From NCBI GenBank assembly GCA_029717555.1, contig JAMDHS010000003.1:186001-250000 (forward strand): 64,000 nucleotides of DNA, in the 5' to 3' direction. This DNA comes from Peribolospora baueri (Eukaryota). A program made the position numbers and the translations under genes. The notes beneath the pieces were generated by a model that saw only the letters and a list, made by a program, of their open reading frames with translations, made no database searches and was not told the origin of the DNA. Positions 23,053-35,804 of the stretch are shown here, one piece after another (position 1 is the first letter of the stretch; the number at the start of each line of letters is the position of its first letter).

Positions 23053-25337
23053 ACAGACAGACAGACAGACAGACAGACAGACGCCTTTGCACAAAAAAGC
23101 TCAAAGCTCCAGCCGACGTAAAACGCAGGCCCCCACTCCGTCCGCGCTCGTCGCCCCGGCGCGTCGCGACACGGTGCCGGGCCACGTGGGTCCGCCGCGC
23201 ACGCTCGTATACCTCCGCGCCGGCGAGAACAGAACAGAGCAGAGCAGAGCAGACAAGGCGACGGACGGGGCACAGAGGAGACCAAGACCGTGCCGTGGGG
23301 GACGAAGGGAGCGGAACGGGGACGGGCAGCGCGCGCACGCATCGATCGTCCGCATCTATCTCCACCTCGCTCGCCGTTGGCCCCGATCCAGCACCGCCAC
23401 GGCCACGCTTGGTCGCCGTCGTGGGCGGATCCTTTGTCGAAGGTCCGACCATGCTGTCGCCAGTTCCAGGTAGGTAGGTAGGTAGGTAGGTGTACCTCCT
23501 GTGGTCCGGCCAGCTACACCATCCTTTTCCGTTCCCTCTCCTAAGAGAACGCGGGGAGGAGGGACGAAAGAAGCAAGCGATGGACGACGACGTCGTCGAC
23601 CACAAGACCCGTCCGGCGTCCAAGACGCCCAAGGCCATACCATACCGCCCCGACGGTGTGCTCCCTTTCCGACTCCGTCCCACGCCGGCGCACGCTCGGA
23701 AATCCAACCCAGTTCCACGTCACGTCGACTACCACTCCACTCCGCCTTCGAGTGCGGTGAGGACGACTACGACGGACCCGTCTGAACCGAACCGAACCGA
23801 ACCGAGAAAAAAACGAGCCGAGCCTAGCCAAGCGACTTGACTCACCGCGAAGAAAGAAGAGAGGAAGGAAAAGCAGCGAGAAAAGGAATAGAAGGGAAGG
23901 GAAGGAAGCGTGTGATCCTTCTGCCTCGTCCTGTCTCGTCTCGTGTCGTCTGTCGATGGCGGCCGAGGGCGGTACGAGTCCGCCCTTTCCTTCACGGCGA
24001 GCCTTCACAGCGACGGAGCGCGAGCGAGGAGTCGGATTCGGGGATGGATGAGCAGGCGAGAAGGAAGGGAAGAAAGAAGGGGAGTAGGAGAGGAGGGGAT
24101 GGAGATGAGATGGAGATGGAGATGGAGATGGAGAGGAGATGGAGATGGAGGAGGAAGGGAGGCTTCTTTCTGTTCTCGCAGTGACGCCTGCCCGTTGGTC
24201 GCTGTATGTAAGTAGTTTGATACCAGGCCAGGGTCAGGGCGACGGGGCGATGCCGTGCCGTGTCCTTGTCGACGCCATGCCATGCCCCATGCCATGCCAT
24301 GGCCCTTGGCGATCGACGGAGGAAGGAAAGAAGGAGGAAGACGGGGATGATACAGGGGTGCTAAAGGGGTGCTAAGGGGAAGGCTCGCCTCGGCCGAGGC
24401 AAGGACGGACCGGATGAACGGAGTCGAGCCGAGCCCAGCCCAGCCCAGTCAAGCCAAGCGCATGCGGGGTCACTCTTCGGACTGCGGCTGACTGCGGCAA
24501 GCTGCGTCCGCCCACGCGGCGCGCCCGGCTAGCTAGCGCCTCCCCCTCGTCCTCCCGTCCTCCTCACCTGGCCCCTTCCTGGCCCCTTCCCCCTTGCCAC
24601 GCTCAAGCAAGCCGCGCGCCTCATGCTCCTGCTTGCGATCGATGCCCGAACACGCTCGCCCTTCCTTCGCTCGCAGCCGACCTTACCTTGTCTTTGTCTT
24701 TGTCTTTTGTTTTTCTTTTTCTTTCGCCCACTCTTGTCGGCTTAACACTCGCACGTATATGCAGATAGATAGATGCACGCGACCGCCGTCCAGCCATCCA
24801 TCCCTCCTCTCCACCCTCGACACGACAGAGTTGCCACCTCTTACTACCGTATCTAGTGCGTCGCTAGCAATGTGTACAAGGAAAGAAAGCGCCGCTACCA
24901 ACGTGTGCGGAAAAGATAGCGTCGCCGCTTCTACCGTCGCTTACCACTGGTCACAGCAGCGGCATGAGCGTTAGACCGACCTCCGTCGTCATTGTCTTTC
25001 ATTCTCGTTTGTCCCATCCCCGGCAAGCGCGAGTTTGAGTTTCTATTTCGCGACTATGTGTGTGTGTATATATATATATATATATACAAGCGATGGATGG
25101 CCGAGCCGAGCACGGTCTGTGCGCGGTAGACGGCGTCGAACATTATCCTCTCCGCCTCTGTCGCTCGGAAGGCAAGCAACGAGCGAGACAGCGAGCGGTC
25201 GCGTGACGGCGCGCCGAGCGACGGGTCACCCCTTCCCATGGCGCCACGATGGCGAACCTCGTCGTCCGTCGATCGAGCGAGCTCATATCTATGTCTGTTT
25301 GTACTAGACCGGAGACGGCCTATCTATATTCACGCTC

Positions 25338-25369
<32 letters not shown>
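23053..25369. repeat. Cluster of simple repeats in a long non-coding interval
   Basis: (ACAG)n near 23053-23082, (GGTA)n near 23469-23491, (GAGATG)n near 24100-24147, (GCCAT)n near 24273-24300, (TG)/(TA)n near 25057-25086 and T28 at 25342-25369. Confidence 0.75.
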
Positions 25370-25436
25370 CTCGCCGATGAGAACCTTAAATGGAAAGAAG
25401 GCAGCTTTTATTGATAAAAGCACAGCAGCCGACGAC

Positions 25437-26498
25437 CTAACCATAACCGTGATCCACGCCCCGCGCTGACCCTCCATCGCCACCGCCAGTGAAACTGAAA
25501 CCGCCGACGAGAGATCGGAACAGGCTCCGGCTCTTGCTAAGCTGGGCAGGCGTAGCGGATGGGCGGTGCGCGTGGCTTTGGTAAGGTCGTCGGTGTGGTA
25601 TGGACATGCTCGGGGCCGCATCTCCAGAGCCAGATGGATCGGCTGAAGATGCGAAAACAAAGACGCGGTCCGGTCCATGAGATATTCCCTCCGCCTCGCT
25701 CGGTCGCCGCGCCGGGCCGCGCGGGAACAAGACTCACCAGTGTGGAAGGCGAACGCCTGGTCGTTCGCGCTGACGCTCAAGAACAAAAAGAACGGCACCG
25801 CCCACACGCAGACGCCGAAAAAGGCCGTCGTCTCCAAGAACGTCGGCGGACGTCGCGCCCACAAATCGGAGTCGGAGCGCACCTGGCCGGCGTCGTGATG
25901 GTAAGGAAACCGGGGGATCGCTTGACGGTGCTCCCTCGCCTTTCGAGTGAGGTAGAAGAACCACAGAAAGTGGTCCGCCACGACGCCGGCGCAAGAAAGA
26001 AGAAAGACGGGCGAGAGGAGCGGAATGCACGGCCAGCGCGAGGATGAAAAGTGGAGCAGATAGAGGAGGTGGCAGAGGATGGAGAAGGTGGTGAGGGAGA
26101 GGGGGAACGAGTCGATGAGGTACAGGAGCACGTGGATACCGATGACCGCCTGCGAGCGAGCAAGCGAGATCGGACGGCGGACGAGGTCAGCTACGCCCGT
26201 ACAGACACTCGACAATCACTCCCTGTCCACGATGCGCTACCTACCAGCGTCGCTCGTCGTCCAACTGTTCTCGCCGCCATCGAATGCTCTTCTATGAGCT
26301 CCGCCAGATAAAGCAAACCGCTGGCTGAAAGCGAAAAAGCGAAGAAGGGCGGGCCGAGGGATGAGTTGAGTGAGTTCTGGCCTGGCCTGCAGACGGTGAC
26401 CAACGTTCTCACGAACCCGCTCGCTCACCTATGCTGAGGACGATGAAGACAAAGGCAGCGGTGCCCGCGCCATAGCTGAGGATGTGCAGGAACGTCAT
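25437..26498 (-). CDS. SVP26: Svp26/Erv26/TEX261 family ER-Golgi cargo adaptor
   Basis: MTFLHILSYGAGTAAFVFIVLSI/ASGLLYLAELIEEHS...; FLLSCAGVVADHFLWFFY; FFGVCVWAVPFFLFLSVSAND. Confidence 0.88.
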
Positions 26499-26871
26499 CC
26501 GAACGAGCCGCGCGCCGGACGACGATTCCGTCGACCAGAAAAAGAGAACGGGTATCGGGGTTGTGCGCGCCTACTCGCTCGCTACGGTCTCCGAGCAAGT
26601 CAAGCCGTTGCCGCGACCTCGTAGATGGGATGCCCGCCCGCCGGGAGACAACCAAAACTATTCAAATCTGCCACCGTATCCGCCGAGCGAGTGGGGTGCA
26701 GTGGCGGAAGAATTAGAGGCAAGCGCGCACGCACCACCAAGAGGCTTGGTTAGGGTTACGGGAAGACCAGAGTGCCGCAGCCGTTATCGCGGGCGACTGC
26801 TTCGACGATGTGGACGGCAGACGCAGACGGGCGATCACCAATTCCGAGTTGTCCAAGGCAAGGAAGGAAAC

Positions 26872-27719
26872 ATGTCGCAAGCGATCGGCAAGGTGAGAAG
26901 ATGGCGACGGACAAGGCGCTTCGAGGCGGTTGCTCACCGTTTTCGAACTATCCCGCTCATCGTGCGCGCCAGACGGGCCTCGCGTTCGCCCGAGCGTGGC
27001 ACCACGTCGATGCTAGGAACCGAGTGCTGGGCAGGCTCGCCGCTTCCATCGCTGTCACACTCATGGGAAAGCACAAGCCCACTTACGACCCCGCGGGTGA
27101 GCCCGGGCTCAGCGCTTTTCTCGCCCGCCCAGGGGTGACCATATGGTCGCTCGCTTCCCTCTGCCTTGTTGTCGCCTAACTCACTCACTCTCTTTCTGTC
27201 CCACCCATAGTGGATGCCGGGGACTACGTCGTGGTGACGAATGCGCGACAGATCACCGTAACGGGCAAGAAAGCCCAACAAAAGCTTTACCGACATCACA
27301 CCGGCTATCCCGGCGGCTTGCGCGAGATCCCCTACGCGCGATTGATGGAACGCCGGCCGGATGAGGTGGGCATCTGTACGAACGAGCCGTCTTCCACTCA
27401 TTTGCCGCGTTACTTGCGCTCATTCCCTTTGCTCTCCGGCTCCGTGTGTGCGTAGATCATCCGGAGGGCCGTGTCGGGCATGCTGCCAAAAAACACGCTG
27501 CGCGACCGCCGGCTGAACCGACTGCACATCTTCCCAGATGACGAACACCCATACGGCCAGAACATCCTCGCTCGCTACGACGCTGGCGAGCTGGTCAATG
27601 AGAACGGGCCGGCGACGCTGGGCCAAGTGGGGGTGCGAGAGGTGGAGGCGGCGAGGACGAGGGAGGACAAAAATGCGGCTCAGAAGGCCGAGAAGGCGAG
27701 GGAGATGTCCAATCCGTAG
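26872..27719 (+). CDS. MRPL23: Mitochondrial ribosomal protein uL13m
   Basis: [60 protein letters not shown]...TGKK...[31 protein letters not shown]. Confidence 0.93.
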
Positions 27720-28073
27720 GCTGTCCCACCGCAGTCGACTATCATAGATTGTACACTAGCGGATCAGGGCAAGGTCTTTTGCATCGTATCGACGACCCCG
27801 TCTCGAAGCTCGTCCAATGCGGTGGATCACTCTCACCGCCTCTTCTCCCACCCAGAGATGACCCGAACGTCCGCCGCAAGCGCTATCCCCGATCCAGCTT
27901 CGGAGCAGTGCTAGTATGGCCGCAAGCCGCAACTCGTTGCACGTCGTCCCTTCGCGCGATAAAATAACTCTCGCCTTCTCCCTTTCGTTCGGCTGCCCCA
28001 CCGACGCTGACCTTTCAAGCTCTTCGCAAGAGCCCACGGTCCTTATCAGCTGGCTCCTCGTCCCCTCGTCCCC

Positions 28074-29837
28074 ATGGCCCCATTCACATTTCATCATTAC
28101 TTTGTCCTTTTCCAAACTGCCCGTCTCTCAGCCTCAGCTGCTCCTTCCCTTTACTTCTTTCGACCAGACACAGACGACCGCGCTCAGCCCCCATCGACCA
28201 CCTCCGCTAGGCTCAAGAGGGTGGCTGCGCACGCCTCCCTAACCAAACCAAAGAAGCAACGGACACGGCTCGGCGCCACCGAGGTCAAACTGCGCTGGCC
28301 TCCCCTTCCCTGGCTCGCCCACCGCGACCTCCACCCGAAGAAGCAAGCCGACGATGATGGCGTCTATATTCGGTGGTACCCCGCCCGGAGTGGCGACTAT
28401 TCCGACGAGCGTTTTCACACCCACTCTGGCCGCGTTCGCGCTCTCAGCTCCACCGGCTTGTTCTCTTCGTCGCTCTCTCCTTATCCAAGCGCGATCCACG
28501 CTCGCGATCTCTTCCGCTTCGCATTCCCGCTCGCCTCGGTGGAGCAAGAACAGCTCGAGGTTGACCACCTCGAGGCCAAGTACCACGCCAACCCAGACGA
28601 AGGAGTGTGCGACTGCTACCGACGTTCACGTCGGCATTCGCCGACGAGGGAGGATGCGCACGTCTGTCTCAACTCGAACGCGGTGGAAAAGGCTAGTATC
28701 GACCGCGACGCCCTCTGGCTGCCCGCGAGGCTGGCCCTGGACGTGGCGAAGGAGTACGGCATCGAGGTGGATCTGCTGCGCAGTCTTAAGATAACGAACG
28801 AGAAGCAGGTTTTGCCCTCGGCTACACCTCCTGTGGGCGCGACAGGAGATGGACAGCGAATATCTGAGGAGGAGGAGGATGTCGACGAGGTACACGGCGG
28901 CGAGGGACGTGCCTGTCCTCTCGCTCTTTCTCGCGTCCCTCGAAGAAGCTGCAAAACGAGCAAGGCTGTCGATGTGGACGGCTCGAAAGAGCAGCAGCAG
29001 CGCCAGGGTCAGAGGCCCTCCCAGGACCAAGGACCGCCAAAGCAGACGGACGCCGGCCCTCTTTCGGGGGACGAATCGGCCTCCGGATCTTCGTCTGCCT
29101 TGTCCAGCCTCTTCTCTTTCGATTCGTGCTCTGACTCCGACTCGCCGATCACTCCCCGGCTCAGTTCCAGTCGTAGGTCCATGTCCGCCCCAAGTCCCAC
29201 CGGTACCATCCGACCCCCCGAGAAACGCCGGGACGTCGACTGTGGCGACTCCGGCGACAGCGGCGGCAGCAGTGCGTCTGACAATACCAACTTGCGCCTC
29301 TGTGATTCCCCGGACCAGAGCAAGGGGAAAAAGGACCGGAAGCGGAAGTCTCCTCCCAATGAGGAGGCCACGGGCAGGGCGCGGCGGTTCAGATCCAGCT
29401 TCGCGACGACGACTGATACTGCAACAGGTGCCCGTCGTACGGAGACGAACGCGGCGACGCGCTCAGGCTTCGTTCTCCCATTCACCCCCACCGCCCACCG
29501 CAACCGTCCTGCTCGTTTTAAAGCTCTCCTTCAGAGGTTGAACTTCAAAACCTCTCCCATCCTCGACGGCCTCGACGTCAGCCTGGTCGTGCATCAATGC
29601 CTGACCGCTTTCAACGAGTACCAACGCATGCCGGAGGATTGGTACGATAAGGATGACCGCCTCGTTCCCCTAAACTTTGTCCACACAAGCGAGATGAGGA
29701 GCGGCGAGGAAGGCGAGGCAAAGGTCTTCTCGGTGCACGAGCACATCTTGCGTTTCCAAAACGGGCTGTTGGCGAGGTGGATTTTGACTACGCTTATACG
29801 TGTTGTGGATGGGAGTGCGGGGGAGACGACACCGTAG
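28074..29837 (+). CDS. Intronless 587-aa protein with a divergent KilA-N/APSES (Bqt4-like) domain, a disordered middle and an unknown C-terminal domain
   Basis: Single long ORF from an ATG; AIHARDLFRFAFPLASVEQEQLEVDHL and ALWLPARLALDVAKEYGI resemble Bqt4-type APSES motifs; NLS-like KGKKDRKRK. Confidence 0.55.
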   Translation: MAPFTFHHYFVLFQTARLSASAAPSLYFFRPDTDDRAQPPSTTSARLKRVAAHASLTKPKKQRTRLGATEVKLRWPPLPWLAHRDLHPKKQADDDGVYIRWYPARSGDYSDERFHTHSGRVRALSSTGLFSSSLSPYPSAIHARDLFRFAFPLASVEQEQLEVDHLEAKYHANPDEGVCDCYRRSRRHSPTREDAHVCLNSNAVEKASIDRDALWLPARLALDVAKEYGIEVDLLRSLKITNEKQVLPSATPPVGATGDGQRISEEEEDVDEVHGGEGRACPLALSRVPRRSCKTSKAVDVDGSKEQQQRQGQRPSQDQGPPKQTDAGPLSGDESASGSSSALSSLFSFDSCSDSDSPITPRLSSSRRSMSAPSPTGTIRPPEKRRDVDCGDSGDSGGSSASDNTNLRLCDSPDQSKGKKDRKRKSPPNEEATGRARRFRSSFATTTDTATGARRTETNAATRSGFVLPFTPTAHRNRPARFKALLQRLNFKTSPILDGLDVSLVVHQCLTAFNEYQRMPEDWYDKDDRLVPLNFVHTSEMRSGEEGEAKVFSVHEHILRFQNGLLARWILTTLIRVVDGSAGETTP

Positions 29838-30493
29838 GGAATCCTCGGGTTTGACGGTCTGGTTCTCGTTTCTTCTTGCTCGCCTTCCCTTCTTTCCCTA
29901 CCATACATCTCCTTGACATACGTGCCCTCGCGCTCGTCTTCACTGTTTTTTTGTTCGCCTTAGCTTGCCCGCCGGTCGTCGGCGTCGTCGGTTGTCGTGG
30001 GAGCGGATGGAAAACTGGGAGGAGTGAGATTTCCAAAAGGTGGTCTTTTTCTCGAGGACGTCGTAGGGCCTCGCTCTATATACAGATAAAGACCGAGGTT
30101 CGAGGGTCGAGGAGAGGGCCCTGGACTCCTGAGGTAAGGAGACACCCGAGGAATGACACCTAACAACCTCCTGAGCCGAGTAACCTCTTGAGACTGTGAC
30201 ATGCCGTGACATCGGTCCTCCTCCATTCCCCTCTTTGGATGCCCTCCTCCGACTCTTTTCGCTCTAGACAGGGTCCGCCACGAACGTGTCATGCTGAGTC
30301 GATCACACATGCTTTCACGGGAAGAGGAGATGTGGTCCTGACAGTTAATGGTACAAGGGATGCGGCAAATAAGGCCTAGATGCACAACTGGTCGAAGGGA
30401 GGCAGAAAGTGAGGAAGGTTTTTGAAGAGAGGGACCAGAGGGATTCGCAAAATGACCAAAGGAAGTGAAGAACGAGGCGTACACGAGGCCGAC

Positions 30494-33008
30494 TCAAATC
30501 TGATGAAAATGCGTCGTCTCCACTACGAGCACAGCGAAGCCGACGACGGCGCTAGGTACGGCGAGAAAAATGGACCAAGCTGCAAAGGTTCGCGCGCGGA
30601 TCTGTATCCCGCCCTGGCGCAGGCCATCTCTCCACAGCAGGCCAGCAAGGCTGGCGGCGAAGGCGCCGCCTAGAGCGCCTACGTTGGAGCCGAACGCGAG
30701 GGACAGGAGGGCTGCTTTCAAAATGTTCGAGTTCGCCGGAGTGAGCGCGGTGCTTGGCGATAGCGCGGGATGGACGTCTCTTAAATGAGAGGCAAAGTTG
30801 GGGGACAGGAAGGCCTTGGTGAAGAGGATGGTGACGCCGATGTTGTTACAAAGATTGCACAGCGCCAAACTAAGAAAGCCGATGAAAAAGACCGTGGCGC
30901 CGACCCCGTGTCGACAGACTTTGCCGAGGCCGGAGGCGAGAATGTCGATGAATCCCACCTTCTCGAGCGCCTGGACAAGGATGAACATCCCAAAGGCGAA
31001 AGGCACCAACGGCAATGGTAGACGGGACATCACGACCGAGACCGTTGGAAATGTCAGGAGGCGCTTGGGAAGCTGAGCGACGTGGCGGGCGACATTCGTT
31101 TCCGTTGCACGGTGCGCTGAAAGTGCGTCGGTAGGCGTGGCTTCTGCTCGAGAGTCGCCGCCGTGGGGACATAGCTCAGGACCTTGCAAGGAAGCCTGGC
31201 AAGGCTTGTCGTCGACCTTGGCCCCAGAATGGCGACGATCAAGGGGGGTGCTTTGGTCTTCCATCCTGATCGCCTCCTGCATCGTTGTTCCAGTGGAAAG
31301 CGGATCCTTGCGAACGCGGTCGCCCATCTTCGGCCCCCTCAGCCTAAACAGCCATGTCCGCAGGCCGGAGACCTTGCCGTGCCGCCCGCTCCGCAGGTCG
31401 TGCACAACGTCTCTCGTGAGCATAAGCGCCGCCCCTGGCAAGGCGACCATCCACACGCGCACGCCCTCTATGACGCTCGTGCCCACCAGGACGGCTAGTG
31501 TAACGGCCATGACGGTGCCCCCGAAAACGGCGCCGTGAGGGTCGATCAGCGCCGTTCTCGGAGATACGTCTGGCGACACGATCCTGCTTGAGATGTGAAC
31601 TTCCGTCTCGCTTCGAGGTGCCGAGATTGGGTGCTTGCATATCGCAAGTCGAAGCAACGCCTTTGTCCGAAATCGAAGCCGTGCTAGCAAACCCGTCAAC
31701 CGCCGTTCTCGTCCTTCCACTCCGGCCATATCCGCCGAGATCCTCCACAGCTGAGATAGCCACGTTCCCATGCCACCGAACAGACCATACCGGAGGAGGA
31801 GATAAGTGACGACGCCGGAGGCTGCCGTCGGCGATAACATGTACAAGGTATAGGTTGGGAAAGGGATGTTGTACGCGCCGGCTACGACGAGGTTGGTCGG
31901 GTTCGACGAGACGAGAATGGCGGACGCTGTGATGGAGACGGCACGTCCGGCAGAAACATGTATGATCGCCGTCAGAACAAGATCCGACGCCGTTACGAGA
32001 ACTGTGGTGAAGTTCACTCACAGACGTTGGCAGCGGCGAACTGGGCCATGATCCACGCAGACGGAGGGATGATACCAGCGACGCGGGTAAAATAAACCAG
32101 GAAGGCTGTACCGCTAAGAATGACCGGGTCCTAGGTGTGGGGAGAAGCAAAGGAAAGAAGTCGTCTTCGAGGTTGGAACTAGCAAACAAAGATCATGCGG
32201 CACAAGAACAAGAAATACAACTCACGTTTCCGACCAGAGTCCCCGCAACGAAGAAAAAAGCATACAAGAGCAGATACAGTCTTCGACCGTTCGTACCTCC
32301 TTTCTGTGCAACGTGGAAAGCGAGGTAGCGAAGTAGACCTGTAGCATCTAGGGATATCGCGATGTATGCCTGAGGAGAACAGGGTATACCCATGGGAATT
32401 AGCAAGGTTTGCAAGCGTTCAAGAGGGCGTCGTTCGCTAACAAATAGCCACTTAGCAAAAGTATAACTCACAAGAGAGATAAACAGCACGAGCACATCAT
32501 AAGGCCTCACGCTGCCCTGACCTTGTCCGACGATTCCGATCCTGACCTCCTCCCCGCCGATCGTCCTTGTCACAAGGAGGAACAGGACGCCGAGAACGGG
32601 AGCAGTGACGTGGTCCAGGGCAATCGTGAGGAAAACAGGCGAAACATGTGAGGAAAGGGGCAAAGTAGACGGGGAGCACCCATTGCCCGAGTCGGAAGAG
32701 TTGTCGACGTGTTGGCCGGCGTTCGAAAGTCGGAAAGGTTCAAACGTCCCTGACGCAGGTGAAGGACGGTCTTGATCACCGCCTTCGTTGCGATCACGAC
32801 CCTCGCGCTCGTCCCGGCCTTTGAGCATCACTGCCCATCCCTTTCCAACCCCGACTACCCTTCTTACCACCTTCGATACAACCAGGGGCAGCGGCACCCG
32901 CACCCGCAAGGGACGGATAACGACGAGACTCACAGCCGAGAAGACGATGATGGCCAAGATGCCGTGACCGTTCAGGTGCGCGTGAGAATCACCGGAAACG
33001 GACGACAT
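30494..33008 (-). CDS. ArsB/citrate-transporter (IT superfamily) membrane protein
   Basis: TAPVLGVLFLL; PYDVLVLFISL/AYIAISLDATGLLRYLAF; VGN/DPVILSGTAFLVY; LVSSNPTNLVVAGA; RLPLPLVPFAFGMFILVQAL; CNNIGVTIL; ALLSLAFGSNVGA...ASLAGLLWR. Substrate unknown. Confidence 0.8.
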
Positions 33009-33272
33009 GGCGGCCAGTTTTGCTACGCCGCGCCAGGGCCGTAGCGACGAGCAGCACCTCGTAGGAGAGGTCTGCTGGCGAAACCCGAAAGAAATCCTGG
33101 CAGTCCATGCACGATAAGCCAAGTATCTCTATCACGCTTTGGAGGACGTCACGTGCCGAATTGCCGCGGGAAGTGACCGCAGCGCGATCTACCTTGCCCA
33201 GCTTCAGCAACGGCATCCACCACCACTACCACTCGCCATCCGGATAGAATACTGTGCCTGCCCTCCATCGTC

Positions 33273-35804
33273 ATGGCCGCGGTAGCTCCCGCCTCTGGGG
33301 CCGTCAACGGCCGCGTCAATGGCATCGACTCCAAATCGGATGTTGGTGGTTTCAAGTCCAAGAACGCCAGACGTCGGATGAAGAAGAAGGAGCAGAAGGT
33401 GCTCAGAGCTGCCTCTTCAACACCAGCTGGGCAGGTCGAGGTTAAGAAAGAGGAGGACGATGAGGTATGTCTGTCGGTTATTCAGCTTACTTATACTCGA
33501 TTCACGTATATGTATTTATCTCTTTGACCGATCACGCTGCGCCGTCGGCTGGCCGTCATCTACTCAGGCGGCCCTACAAGCCTCTGCTGATGGAAAGGCG
33601 AATGGCGACAACGAGGCTCCCCTCAAGGTCGAAGAGTACATGACGGATGCGGACGATCCTACTTTCAAAGAGTTTGCCAATGTCTTTGCTCGCTTCCAAC
33701 CCTCCGAACAGGGCGACTTGGTGAGTGGCGAACTCGCTCAGTTGTCTCTGTCCGATCTTCGGCGGCAGTGCCGCTCATTTGCCAACGACACTCTTCTGTT
33801 GTACTCAGGGTATCGGAACTGAGACGGACGCAGGTCCATCCAAGGGCGAAGTGATATATTCGGACGATGAAGACATGTCAGGAAGCGACTCGGAGGATGG
33901 GGATGCCAAGCCCAAGATGTCCAAGAAGAAGGCTCGCAAGATGGCCCGGCTGACAGTGGCTGAGCTGAAGCAACTGGTGACAAAACCAGAGGTAGTGGAG
34001 TGGGTTGACGTGACGGCCAACGATCCCCGGCTGCTGGTGCAGCTCAAGTCGTATCGGAACACCATTCCCGTGCCTCCGCATTGGAGTCAAAAACGAGATT
34101 ACCTGCAGGGCAAGAGGGGAATCGAGAAGGCTCCGTTCCAACTCCCAGGTACGTACATCTTGCTGAGCTCTAGTAAGCGTGAACTCATTTTCCCTTCCTG
34201 ACGATGTCGTCTTTCGTTTATCTCCACTTCTTTTTTAGGCTTCATCGCCGATACCGGCATCGCGACGATGCGAGACGCCCTCAAGGAGAAGGAGGAAGGA
34301 ATGACCCTCAAGGCCAAGACCCGAGAGCGTGTCCAACCCAAGATGGGCAAAATTGACATCGACTATCAGAAACTCCATGACGCCTTCTTCCGGTTCCAGA
34401 CCAAACCCAAAATGACCGACTTTGGAGAGATGTAAGTCATCTTTGTATCTCGCCTTAAGTGACGAGATGTTTCTTGTCACTTGGTGTCAACAGTGTCCTG
34501 ACATGGGGACAAGGGGACATTTGTCGCTCATTCACACAGGTACTATGAAGGCAAAGAGTACGAGACGAAGGTGAAGGAGCGCAAACCCGGTGTTCTGTCG
34601 GACGAACTCAAGGAGGCGCTCTCCATCCCGCCGTTGGCGCCTCCGCCATGGCTTATCAGCATGCAACGGTTCGGTCCACCGCCAAGCTATCCAAATCTTA
34701 AAATCCCCGGGCTCAACGCGCCGATCCCGGAAGGGTGAGCTACCCCGAGTTTGCTTCGTCCAGCGGTCAGCCCTTTTTGCATGGTCATATTGACATATGT
34801 TCCACCCGTCTTCGATTTCAAGCGCTCAATGGGGCTACCATCCAGGTGGTTGGGGTAAGCCTCCGGTGGATGAGTACAACCGACCATTGTACGGCGACGT
34901 CTTCGGTCTCATGCCGCAGGAACAGGATGCCGAGGTGCGTCTTTTCATCCGCTTAGCCATTCTCCCACCAAATCTTCCGGCTGACGATCATTTTCTATAT
35001 TTCGCTTTTGTATCTTGTTCAGCACTCTGCACCTGTTGAGCGGGAATTCTGGGGCGAGCTAGAGCCAGAAGAGGAAGAATCGGAGGAAGAGGAGGAAGAA
35101 GAAGAGGAAGAGGGAGCTGGAGAGGGAGAGATGCCAGCGGACGGTCTCCAGACGCCGTCGGGCATGGAGACCCCTTCTGGCACCGCCTCCGTGACGTCCA
35201 CCGTTCCGGGAGGCCTCGAAACGCCCGGCTTCTTCGACCTGCGCAAGGATGCGCGCGGGGCCGGACGGGAGTCGACGGTGGAGTCGACCGCAGAGGGGGA
35301 CCGACAGCTGTACCATGTCATTCCGGAGAAGGAGACCGCCGTCCGCGGCTTCATGGGCAGCGAACGCGGGTACGATATGCGAGCGTTCGCACAGAGCGCA
35401 GGCGCTGGAGGCGCGCCGCCAGTCTTGGGTGCCGAGAACAGGGGAACGAAGGTGTGTATGAGTGGTCAAGGTAGTCCACACGGACGACGCTGATCCATAC
35501 TCTTCTTGTGACATTTCCGTCCCTTTCCCTCCCCTATCTACTCGACCTGCAGCGGAAAAGCGCGACGGGCGTGGACATGGCGATCAGCCCGGAAGAGCTG
35601 GAGAACATGTCCGAGGAAGAGCTACGGGAGCGGTACGAGGCGTCTCGTCGGACCAACAATAACGCTGGCGTGCCCGGCGCGATGGGCGGCGCAGAGCGCG
35701 AAGAGGTGTCGCAGTTTGCTGCCGAACTTGCTTCCAAGAGGCGGAGGAAGGAAGCGGCAGAACGGGAGCGGAAAGGGAGGGATAAGGACTCGTTTAAGTT
35801 TTAG
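33273..35804 (+). CDS. CUS1: U2 snRNP splicing factor SF3B2/SAP145
   Basis: RLTVAELKQLVTKPEVVEWVDVTANDPRLLVQLKSYRNTIPVPPHWSQKRDYLQGKRGIEK; KIDIDYQKLHDAFF; PPPWLISMQRFGPPPSYP; WGYHPGGWGKPPVDEYNRPLYGDVFG; ends KDSFKF. Confidence 0.95.

Noticed and set aside
22482..23707. 331-aa and 237-aa ORFs in the GH5 upstream region
   Set aside because: The translations are dictated by microsatellites and the tandem repeat, with no family motif or gene-like splice structure.
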